Assembly: GCF_000143415.4 (NCBI RefSeq)
Contig: NW_003314286.1
Coordinates: 1,301,718 to 1,365,717, forward strand
Source: Selaginella moellendorffii
Taxonomy: Eukaryota > Plantae > Lycopodiophyta
Direction of reading: 5' to 3'
DNA: 64,000 bases
Below the pieces are notes generated by a model. It ran no database searches and was not told where the DNA came from. It saw nothing but the letters and a program-made list of their open reading frames with translations. The position numbers and the translations under genes were made by a program. Shown here piece after piece: positions 49,965 through 61,304 of the stretch; positions within the stretch are counted from its first letter, which is position 1, and every line of letters begins with the position of its first letter.

Positions 49965-51571
49965 TGGCATGTGGCCCTTTACACTAGTATATCTTAATAC
50001 CAGTCTGAGAAATAGAATGGCATGTGCCCTCAGGCCTTTTACTAAATCACCTTTGAAAGAAATGCAAGCCTCTATGTTGTAAAAAAAAGGTACTAGAGAA
50101 ATTCCTTAATAATATGAATGTTATTTAGTTTCATGAAAATACACTAAGGGTCAAATGAGTTAAATGACTTCTCCAGACTAGCAATGCCTCTTGCTACACC
50201 TTCACAATTAGATTCGTTAGAAAAAGATAACATTGAATAATATCTAAATGTTCTCACCATTAAGTTATATGTCTGGCTAATAGGAATGACGTTCATCTTG
50301 GAAAGCTCACCACACGCTCAATGAACAAACAAATAGTGTGTGCGCGCATGCCATCGCTCTTCTTTAGCTTCAGATTCGGCTTGTTCACCTTGACAATGAG
50401 ATTTATTATACAACCAGATGGACTCAGTCTGGACACAAAGTCACCGCGCTAGTCACCATGCCCCAGATATGTCTAGCCCCTGGACAAAAAACATATAATT
50501 TCACGTCATTTTCAAATACTTGAAAATTTGTACCTAGTCCCATTTTACTGAATAAATCCCACTTTAACGAAATAGAGCTTAATGGAAGAAAGATGAAAAA
50601 GTATGAGATAAGTGGGAGAAGCCTCAAAGTCACACTTAACATAATTGCATTCTAACCAAGGATGAAGTTAAATTTTGACTCAACACCATCTATAACAATT
50701 GAAATTCAAACTTGAGATCATCTATATACACAATTAAGTCTACCTCATCCTATGCACATGCATATGCATGGCTATTGTTATAAAGAATAAAGACTAGCTC
50801 TGCCATATGACACAATTATAAACAATATATAGTAACAGGCCGAGTAATAGAAAATGAACTTGAGCTTATATCAATAAATATAAAGAGAATAATAAGAAAT
50901 ATTGTACTATAAAAACACATAGAAGTTAACATTGGATGAATTAATGCTGAGTGAACCCCTTAATAGTATTCTTGAAAGAAGGATGGAGGGGTCATTGATT
51001 TATTTGCAAAAGGACCCTTATGTAACTCATTATTGAAAGAATCTTTATATCAAAACCTTCCACCATAGCAACACTAACATTGTTAAAAGGAGTTTACTGC
51101 TTTGCTATGAAGATGAACAAAAAGAAGAAAAGTAAAAGAAAAAAAATTAAAAAATTACAAGAAAAGTGAGATATGTAAACTCCTAGAATTTGAGTTTTCC
51201 AAAAGGTCATCCAACTAAGTACTACTCAAAAGGAACCATATTTTATAGAGCACTCAACTTCCATAAATCCAGAATGACACATATTAGGCCCATAAATTAA
51301 AGTGAGGGATCCCACTTGAAAAATGAAAAATTGAACACTCTAAACCATGCAACACAACTATAAGTATGCAAGACACAACTGTACAGGTACAATTTGAACA
51401 TAGACCTGTAGACGTTGCCAACTTCTTGTTTTATTCTGCTAGCATCTTATGTCAACACCATTAGCTTGTCTTTTTAGCCAACCTAACTATGATCTTCAAT
51501 CTAATCCAAGTTATGAGATTGATCAATGGCCCATGCCATTATATTCAAGATCATCCTCATTATCTCATACC

Positions 51572-53170
51572 TGTGAGACACAAAATCCTTAGGCCCCAAA
51601 GTGGAGCCGAAAGGGTGCCATGTGGTAGTGGCCGAAGCGAAAGCCAAACAAGCGTAACACACTTGAACTAAAAGCTCCGACTTGAAAAGGTCGAGAGTGG
51701 GAGTGGAACTCCCAACAAAGTTCTTGAGGAACAAGCACGAGGCGAGCCATGAGTGAGTCTCTAGAGAAGGGGACACAAGAGGACCAAAACATAACACGTG
51801 GAAGTGTCTAAGATGGAGTCCAAGGTGGACCTGAGATGGACCCAAGATGGACCTGAGATTGAGTCCGAGATGGACCCGAGATGGAGTCTGAGATGGAGTC
51901 CGAGATGGACCTGAGATAGAGTCTGAGATGGACCCGAGATGGAGTCCGAGATGGAGTCCGAGATGGACCCGAGATGGAGTCCGAGATGGACCCGAGATGG
52001 AGTCCAAGATGGAGTTTGAGATGGACCCGAGATGGAGTTCGAGATAGAGTTCGAAGTCAAGACCGAGACCAAAACCAAGACCGAGACCAAGACCGGGACT
52101 GAGACTGAGACCGAGCCTGAGCCCAAGTCCAAGGCCGAGTCTGAGTCCAAGTCCAAGTCTGAGTCTGAGTCCGAGTCCGAGTTCGAGTCTGAGAGGGTGA
52201 AAGCCCAAAGCGTTCGTCTCCCAGACCCTAGGGGGTTTGGTGAGCTCCAAAAGTATAGTAAGGGGGAGGACTCCAGTGGAGCTAATTTGGCCCAGGAAGG
52301 CTGTGCTCAGGTGTTGGGTGACGGGATAACCACTGGGAAGTCCAAGACTAAAGTGCATACGGACCAACAAACGGGGTAGCTTGGTGAAGTGTTCAAGAGC
52401 CAGCTCTAGTTCCCCTGGGAGATTGACTGGCCGATGCTCCCAGTCCAAGTGTGAGTGGCACTACCTACTTGGATACTTGGCATGGCTCAATGGAACCTCG
52501 CTCTAAGCCCATGGCTAGAGCACCTAAAGGCGGAAGGTGGGGAGAATACCCATGAGGCCCGTATAAGGCCACGGTGTTCTGAAATATTGTCCTAAAGTCC
52601 CAGACTGTGGAAAGGAAGAAGAGTAGTCCTCTAGAGTAGAGACCAAGGATACAGTTGTGTGGCAAGGAAGTCCCAAAGGACCATGGGACTTAGTGGTCGA
52701 GCCTGTGGGCCTCGATCCAGTGGCAGTGTTGGCAAACACGGCCATGGGCAGAAAGGGACTTGGTGGGGACCGAAAAAGGGATATTAAGGAAGGCTATTCC
52801 CCATATCTGTGGGCATCTTAAAGATGCTAAGGAGTGGATCTGGGATGATCACTCATAGATGGATGGCCTAGTCTTGGAGAGACGGGATTGCAATGCAAGT
52901 GGTGTTAGACCATCGATGTGACCAAGGTGAATGAGTGTGGCCTAGCGTAACAGGCTCATATGTTGGTGGTACCTTGGGGTGTCGGTCATGGGATTGGACA
53001 CGTGGAACACTTGGACCAAGTGCAAAGGTTGAGTGGCCTGGATGCCATTCTCAGGGCTAGCAAGCCCCAAGTCCTGAATAGGACTTATGGAGGTTGTGAA
53101 TGAAACTCCTCCAAATGGTTGGAGGTGCGGTTAAGTGACTAAAGTAGAATGGAAAATTTTGTCATTTACA
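51572..53170 (+). mobile_element. Solo LTR (1599 bp)
   Basis: TG...CA ends with perfect 5-bp TSD ATACC (51567-51571 / 53171-53175). Homologous to the LTR fragments at 20420-22076. Internal GAGATGGA(G/C)(T/C)CC tandem array at 51810-52190. Confidence 0.92.
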
Positions 53171-53617
53171 ATACCTAGTATACTGGCATAACATAAAGCT
53201 GGAGAGATATATCTTGTGTGGCCAGTAAATCAAGACACCTTCTCCCAGCATTGCAGCTACTGACACCTATGTGGAGCTACTGCCACAAAATTTCTTCTTC
53301 TTAATTGTCACATTGAAAAAGCAAGAAAAAGGAAAATTATGCTTAGTGTTAATGCTTAACATACTTTCTTGGTCTTGATCTTGGAAGTTCTAGAATAATT
53401 CTAGTGATGGTCAACTAGAAGTAGAAGCATCAGACTATGATACAACAGCCATATAAGTGCCAATTCCAAATGATTGTGGGCAACCCTAAACTCTATGTGG
53501 CATGAGCCTAACACCAATATCATCTTTCATCATCACTGGAAAAAGCTAAGAGTAAGTAGATTTCTTTTGTCCTAAGTGCAATATGATTGTCTCAAATTCC
53601 TAAACCAATGCGTGTCT

Positions 53618-56600
53618 TGTCAAGAATCCCCCAATTCATACCACATTCCTGAATCTCGCTGGATTTCTGACCTGCAGACCACATTCCTGATTCTCGAGAC
53701 ACTTCCCTATTCCTGACTATCGAGACTTTTCCCTATTCTTGACTCTCTGATTTCCTGTACGATTCCTGAGTCTTGAGCCACATTTCTGATGATGATGTGG
53801 CACCTCCTCAACCTCATCTATATTTAGGCTGTCCTCGATCCAAGAGTGGTGGAGCTTCATCAACCTATAGTATATATAGGTTAACTTTGTTCCATTTCTC
53901 CACAATCTAAATCAACACCAGTCCAAGGCCTTTTCTTTGTTTCTATTAGCTTTTCTCTTTGTCTTTTACATTTTCCAGTCTTGATCTTGTTGGGGGTCTT
54001 GATAGTTTGATTCAAATTGTGTTTTTTCATTTTTTTTTCCTTTAGCTCGTATTGATTGTTTGACTGCCTTTTCCTTTTTTCCCCCTTTTTCTTTCTTTCT
54101 GCCGATGGAGTTTCCAAGCCATCTTGATTTCTTTGCCGAAGTCCTTGCAAAAATCTAGTTTGAGAATATCGAGCTGAAGGTGACCCTTCTTCGCATGCAG
54201 CAGGAGCTTGCTTCACTTTCGGCTCAAGGATCCAGCAAAGTTCTTAAACCGAAGGTGAGATCCTGGTGAAATTTTCAGGCAAGCGTTCGGAGCTTCGCGG
54301 ATTCCTGAACCAAATAGAGCTGATCTTTGCACTTCAACATTGGTGGTACCCCACTCCCGAGTCTCAAATCGGCGCGATTGGGATGTTGGTGGAAGGTGCA
54401 GCTTTGTCATGGTTTTCTCCTCTTCTGGAGAAGAGCATGAAAAAGGTCGTGGTTCTAGAGCTGATGGATCTTCAATTGTTCAAAGAGAAGCTCGAAGCAT
54501 GTTTTGGCGAGACAGATCGGGTTCGGGCTGCTACCACAAAGATGAGACGTCTCTCTTAGGGTCTCGTCCTGCCTCGATTCACGCTGCAGAGTTCCAACTC
54601 CTTGCCTTGGACACTTAGTGGGATGAGTGAGCCCTAATTGACCAATTTCGTTTCGGCCTCAACAACAGTGTCAAGGATTTGTTGCTCACCATGGAGGATC
54701 CCAAGGACCTATTGGATGCCATCAACAAAGCTGTTCGATGTGACAATTGTCTCTTTGAGCGTCGTCAGGAAAGTCGCCGCGCCACTGTTTTTCCGTCCCA
54801 GACTCAAGAATCCCAGCTTGAGTCTTCGGGGCATACTCTTGAACCTACTGCTCTGGTCCCGATGGATATTTCTAGTACTCCCCGACTCATCAAAGGGAAG
54901 TTGAGTCCTGCTGAGAAGCAACATCGAATATCTCATAATCTTTGCCTCTACTGTGCTGATCCTAATCACAAAGTAGCTATGTGTCCCAAGAAGCCTCCCC
55001 GACTGCTCAAGTTCACTCTGCCTCAAAATCCACCTTTGTTGCAGTCGGGAAACGACCCTGTCCAAACAGAGTAGGAGCTGTCTGTTTGGACTCCCCAAAT
55101 AAAAATCACTTTTCTTCTTTATCAAGCTCCTCACCACCTTTCATCAAAGCCACCACCAATACCCGCAACTTCCGCATCCTATGTCTCCTTTCTTTCACCG
55201 GACAATTAGGACTCAAGGCTCTGGCGCTACTGGACTCAGGTGCAACTTCTTGCTTCATAGACACGGACTTTGCTGCCCGACATCACGTTCCTCTTTCTTT
55301 TACCATACGGGATCTGAGGGTTGAAGGCATCGGTGGGCATTTTGTGTCTTCATCTTCTGGACTTAGGGAAACGTTGCCCGTTCGAGTACACATCGGGTCC
55401 ACCATCACCGATATCGCCTTCAACATCATCAACAGTAAGTCCTCCTCTGTGGTGTTTAGTCTTCCTTGGTTCCAACTACATCAGCCTAAGATCTATTGGA
55501 AGGAATTACAGCTCATCTCTCCCACATCACCATCTCCCATGGCTTCCCATGCTATTCATCGAGTCCGAATCAGGAAAAGTTCCCTAAACTCTACCGCAAA
55601 TTCATTGATCACTACTCTGACATTGTCCTTCCTCTCACGCATCTCACTCACAAGGATGTTCCCTTCTCTTGGTCTGCTGCTGCCTAGCAGGCTTTCAACA
55701 CACTCAAGGCGGCCTTCAGTTCTGCTCCCATCTTGATCCACGATGATCCCTCACAACCTTTCTTCATCGAGGCTGACGCCTCCGACTTTGCCATCGGTGC
55801 TGTGCTATCTTAACTCGAAGCAGATCACGAACTTTATCCGATTGCTTTCCATTCTCGGAAATTCCAGCCTACAGAGATCAATTACGAAATCCACGACAAG
55901 GAGCTCCTTGCCATCGTGGATTTCTTTGGAGAGTGGCACCGTTTCTTGGAGGGGGCGGGCCATCAAACAACAGTCTGGACGGATCACAAAAATCTTGAGT
56001 ACTTTGCCACTTCCCGAGTTTTGAGTCGACGTCAAGCAAGGTGGGCACAATTCCTGAGTCGGTTTGACTTTGTTATCAAATACAAACCTGGAAAGCTTCA
56101 AGGCCTTCTTGATGCTCTTTCAAGGCGCTCCTATCTTAGTCTCAGGCCTGGTAATCCTGCCTTCGATCAACAAGATCAAGTTATCCTTGGTCCTGATTGG
56201 CTTCAAGTTATGGCAATTTCCCTGGCCCCTCAGGACTCCTCCTTGATGGATGCGATCAGAAACAATCTTCAATCCGATGACCTCGCCAGCGACATTTTCC
56301 CCCATCTTCAGGCTGGACACCCAATGACTCCCGACTGCCAGCGATTTGACGAATTCGAGTTCTTAGATGGCTTGTTGTACTGTGGGGAGCAGCTTTACGT
56401 TCCTGAAGGTGATGCTTGAAGGTTGGTCCTGATGGCGTGCCACGATAGCCCGACTGTTGGTCACTTCGGCATCGCAAAGACCTATGAGCTGGTTGCACGG
56501 GACTTTTGGTGGCCTCACATGAATGATTACATCAAAACTTTTGTTACCTCCTGTGACACTTGCACCCGAAATAAAGTACCTCGCCACCTTCCTTAATGTT

Positions 56601-58191
56601 TGCTTCGTTCCCTCCCGGTCCCTTCAGGTCCTTAGGAATCCATCTCCATGGATTTCTTGAGTGATCTTCCGAGTTCTGGAGGCTTCAACAGCATTTTAGT
56701 CGTGGTGGATCGCTTCACAAAGATGGTGCACTTCCTGCCGTGTACCAAGGAGTTTTCGAGCGAAGACATGGCAAAACTGGTATTCAGGGAAATTTTCCGA
56801 CTTCATGGGATTCCTGCAGATGTGGTTTCGGATCGGGGACCTCAGTTCATCTCTCATTTCTGGCAACGGTTTTTGCAGCTGCTTGGAGTGAAGGCCAACC
56901 TCTCTTCGGCGTATCATCCTCAAACTGATAGACAATCCGAGCAAACAATTCAGACATTAGAACAATTCTTGAGGTGCTTCATCAACTATCATCAGGATGA
57001 CTGGTTTGATATCCTTCCCCTTGCTGAGTTCTTCTATAACAACTCTGTTCACTCCTCTCTTCGAGTTTCCCCCTTCTTTGCAAACTTTGGCCGAAATCCC
57101 CGATTCAATCTCTCACTTCCTTCTCCATCCAAATCCTCTCATTCAAATCCCCGCTCTGAGACATTTGTCTCCAACCTCCAGGAAATCCACAACTCCATCT
57201 CCTTCCACCTCCATCGTGCTCAGGAATCTCACAAAACATTTGCCAATGCCCATTGTCAGGATTGTCCCCCTTACAATATTGGGGATAAAGTCTGGCTCCT
57301 CAGGTGAAATATCTCCACCACCAGGCTATGTCCCAAACTTAATTTCAAACATCTCGGTCCTTTCCCTATCATTACTATCATTAATCCTGTTACTTATCGC
57401 CTTGCACTTCCCTCCTCCTATCAAATTCACCCCATTTTTCACTCCTCTCTCCTTGAGCCTTATATTCCCAGTCCTATTCCAAATCGGGTCATTCCTCCGC
57501 CTCCACCAGTGCAGCTCGAGGATGGGTTTGAGTATGAGGTTCAGGACATCCTTGATTCCAAGATCTCACGGTCTAAACTCTACTATCTGGTCGACTGGAA
57601 GGGCTATGGACCTGAAGAACGCACTTAGGAACCTGCGGACAACCTAATTCATTCTCCTGACCTTGTTCAGAACTTCCACCACTGCTATCCTTGTTGTCCC
57701 AGTTCTCATTCTTTTTCTCCATCTCCCGTCCCTCGCTGCCCATCTCCTCCTCCTCTTCGTTCTTATTCACGCCCTCGTTCCACTTGTTCTTGAGGAGGGG
57801 GTGCTATCAGGAATCCCCCAATTCATACCACATTCCTGAATCTTGCTGGATTCCTGACCTGCAGACCACATTCTTGATTCTCGAGACACTTCCCTATTCC
57901 TGACTATCGAGACTTTTCCCTATTCTTGACTCTCTAATTTCCTGTACGATTCCTGAGTCTTGAGCCACATTTCTGATGATGATGTGGTGCCTCCTCAACC
58001 TCATCTATATTTAGGCTGTCCTCGATCCAAGAGTGGTGGAGCTTCATCAACCTATAGTATATATAGGTTAACTTTGTTCCATTTCTCCACAATCTAAATC
58101 AACACCAGTCCAAGGCCTCTTCTTTGTTTCTATTAGCTTTTCTCTTTGTCTTTTGCATTTTCCAGTCTTGATCTTGTTGGGGGTCTTGACA
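53618..58191 (+). mobile_element. Structurally complete but RT-deleted Ty3/gypsy chromovirus (4574 bp); LTRs 53618-54004 and 57805-58191
   Basis: 387-bp LTRs differing by about 11 transitions (counted by eye), TSD TGTCT (53613-53617 / 58192-58196), PPT GAGGAGGGGG. Gag, protease (LDSGA), RNase H (ADASDFAIG), integrase and chromodomain present, with many stops. Confidence 0.95.
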
Positions 58192-58489
58192 TGTCTCTCT
58201 AATCCATGGCTTTCACCCACAATGAGTTTCTTCTCTTCTAGCTAGCATGCCTGTTATTGATTGGCCATCCAAACATCAATGTGATTTTTCCTACAACCAT
58301 GGATACCAAGCCTCTCCCTGGCCTGAGATCAATCTCCCCTTTTTATTGCTTTATATATATAGAATATAGATTAGAATACTAAGATTTTAAGAAAACTAAT
58401 ACTTAACTCAGAAAAAAGTAAAATATGAATTGCTAAGAATAAATACTTTTTATAGATATTAGATGCAAAGTATAAGAAAAGGATATGAA

Positions 58490-58534
58490 TATATATATTT
58501 TATATTTATATTTATATATATATATATATATATA
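58490..58534. repeat. AT microsatellite
   Basis: Interrupted (AT)n run. Confidence 0.85.
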
Positions 58535-59760
58535 AAATGTGTTTATAAATAAATATGTAACACTAAAATTTAAGAACATTAATATTACTCAGAGCCAGAG
58601 AAATGGCTCCTGGGTGTGCTGGAGGGTTTTGGAGTGGAATTGGTTCCACTAGATGATGCCTTGGCCATCGATGGTGCCATTGTTTCCTGGAAAAATCAAG
58701 TGTTTTTCAATTGATCACTAATTGTTTATAGATACCCGATTGCAAGATCGGTGATCCTCAGCCCATGACGCAAGCTCGTGTATCTCTTCCCTGGAAGCTC
58801 TCTTCCTCACCCATACAATGGCAAGGGATCAAGCACAAGCCAATCTTAAGGGTCCTAGTTAAGAAATCCAGGAAAAAATCATTTTTTATTTTCCATGCTA
58901 GAACTCTTCTCTTACCTTGGAGGTGAGGATTGTGGCATCCTGTTGTAAGAAGAAAATCATGTGGCTCATGAGATTGAAACATCTGGTGAGCCGATTGTCA
59001 TGCCTCCTAGCTCGCCAAAGTTGCCAATGTGATCAATTGCCTTCTGGAACACCTTGGTGTTGAGTGTGACATTGCTCACTCCCCTACATTTCAAAGGAGT
59101 CACGAACATGATTAGAATGCCTATTTCAAACTATCACTATGAGTGTTTCCTAGAGAAAAAAGAAGAAAAGAAAATGAATTCCTCAAAGACTATCTAAAGC
59201 AAAAGAAAAAGGCATCAAAAACCAGTATGTATGCATCCCAGGCAATTATAAGCAATTCTTATGCTGCAAGTATTAGAGCTTTAAGTGAGAACTTATAATG
59301 GCAGCACTTTGCCTTGAATTTTCACTTGCTTTCTTCTTAATAGTTATACTCGATCTGGAAGACACTCTCAACCAATTCAAGGAAACCATAAGAGTTACCT
59401 CATGTTGCATTTGTGGAAGCTCAAGGCTTCCTCTTCAAAGCCATGTAGGGCTGATTAGCCGCTCCATCATCTTCCTCCTCCATTCTTGAAAAACCTCCAC
59501 AAGCAAGAACTAGATTTGAGTAGGAGTGGATAAACACACTAGCTGTGTCGTTGTTGTGATAGATCAGCCCAGAAACAGACTTTCTTGGAAGTTGGTGTAT
59601 GATCTCTCAGATGCTTCCAAAAGTAAAAAACACACACCTCCAAGAGCTTATTTTCGAAGGAGAAGGCCTACCATCTCCATGCAGCATCGAATTTTGCAAG
59701 TTGGGACTGTTTTTTGGAACATGTCTGCCTGGTGTTCCATGGGGAGATGGGAAGTATGCT

Positions 59761-61097
59761 GTCATAAAGACCTGGATAAGTTACTTGAAGGTTCCAGCAT
59801 GAAGAAAGCATAAGCTGAAAGAAAGATCTTACCTCAATTGCCTGTGTGTGTGAGGTAAGTACCAGATGATTGGAATAGCTTTGAGATTTGAGCATCATGG
59901 TTTTGTTGCAGTATTTCTCCTACAGAAGGAAAAACCAGAAAAAAAAAAAAAAAAACTGTTCAAGTTCAGAGCATAAGAAAGTGAATGGGATTCTCAGGAG
60001 CAAAGACACCACAAAGTGTTGCAAAAATCAAATCAGGAAAAGAGCAAGAAAAGATGCTAAGAGGGGCTTCTTCTTTACTTCGCAATGAAGAAAGAAAGTA
60101 AAATGGAAGATATTAGAAGAAAGCACTAACAAATCAATTAGATCTTGCCTCATTAAACAAATGCTTTTGTGTCAACGACACTGCCATCTCCCACAAGCAC
60201 ATGGGACACAACTCCAAGGACAGCCAAGACTACAATAGTGGTAGCAAGAGTGAGGACAACATTAAAAACTCAGTAGTGTTCACCATCAACACTGAGGATG
60301 CTAGAGCTCAAGCTCACACTAGAGCCACACCTCACAAGCCACATGAAGGATTCAAGCTCCATCACCTCAACATTTCTACTGCTGGTGTTGTAGAAGGAAG
60401 TGATTGAGAAAAGGCTGCCATTGCAGTGGAGAAAGCTATACCTTCCACCACTGCCAAACTTATAACATTGTACAATATGTAAAAATATGGAAAAATACCA
60501 TTTAAATTCTGTCAAAGTGATGTTCATGTCTTCTTTCCCAAGGTTTAGGCAGCTTTTAGGTTGAGATAATTTGCTCCAATTGGGAATAGGTATCATGCTT
60601 CCATTTTGTGGAATAAAAAACATCTCACCAAAAGTTTTTCATTTGTTATCCAGCAGGAAAAGAAAAACAAATGCAAACTAAACAATCACATAACACAATG
60701 ATTAGTATGGTGCATTGCATTAGTTTTACCACTATATTTACCCTTGCTAACTGTGCAGCTTTTGTTGGGCATCTTCTTCTTAAATGCTTCAACTCTTGGT
60801 GTTTTTTCTTCCTGTTTTTGTTTTTTCCTGATTTGATTTTTGCGATACTTTGTGGTGTCTTTGCTCCTGAGAATTCCATTGAAAGTTTTCACTTTCTTAT
60901 GCTTTGAACTTAACAGTTTTATTTTCTTTTCTAGTTTTTCCTTTTGCAAGAGAAATTCTGGCAATGAAACCATGATCAAATCTCAAAGCTATTCCAATCA
61001 TTTGGTACTTGCCTCACACACACAAGCAGTTGAGGCAAGATCTTTCTTTCACGCTTTCTTCCCGCTGAAACTTTCAACTTATCCAAGTCTCTATGAC
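59761..61097. repeat. Diverged ~280-bp inverted repeat with ~780-bp spacer
   Basis: 59761-60041 is the reverse complement of ~60823-61097; shared blocks include GATTGGAATAGCTTTGAGATTTGA and ATTCTCAGGAGCAAAGACACCACAAAGT. Confidence 0.85.
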
Positions 61098-61304
61098 ATA
61101 AAACTCTTGGCCAATGTATTTGTCTTTTGGCTCAGATTCAAAGTTTTTTGAAAACTTCACCTTGCCAACCCACCAGCTTTTTGCTGGGCAATTTCTAGGA
61201 AGTACAATAAGGGTTGTGGTGGTAGTTTATTGGCATTCTTCTTGAATTTGAGCTGGTGGTCTAGAAATAGTACTCTACCACATAACCGGTTCGATTGCAA
61301 TGTT

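Larger units (their letters stand above)
38568..50354. repeat. Dispersed 22-bp palindrome family, consensus ATGGCRTGWGGCCWCAYGCCAT (~20 copies)
   Basis: Copies start at 38568, 39645, 39720 (perfect: ATGGCGTGTGATCACACGCCAT), 40951, 41142, 41283, 42781, 44055, 44115, 44192, 44935, 45014, 45871, 45943, 46558, 46656, 46726, 48565, 48622, 50017 and 50333, plus a half site at 49964. Confidence 0.92.
38194..50580. mobile_element. Large (~12.4 kb) DNA transposon with Sola-like transposase and a divergent multi-domain cargo gene
   Basis: Transposase at 46821-49964 (+), cargo gene at 43963-38624 (-). A 24-bp inverted repeat (23/24) at 38194-38217 / 50557-50580 brackets both. The 22-bp palindrome was seen only within this interval. 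Exact termini and TSD not resolved. Confidence 0.75.

Noticed and set aside
38568-50354. 22-bp palindromes as a CRISPR array
   Set aside because: Spacing is irregular (tens to ~1800 bp), copies lie within exons and introns, there are no cas genes, and the context is eukaryotic.
52186-52215. Hammerhead ribozyme (CTGAGA-GGGTGAAAGCCC-AAAG)
   Set aside because: The catalytic core CUGANGA...GAAA is not intact in any of the three copies, and stems I/III were not found.
51501-52448. 315-aa ORF, and the 96-aa ORF at 36641-36931
   Set aside because: Products of short tandem repeats inside LTRs; low complexity, no domain.
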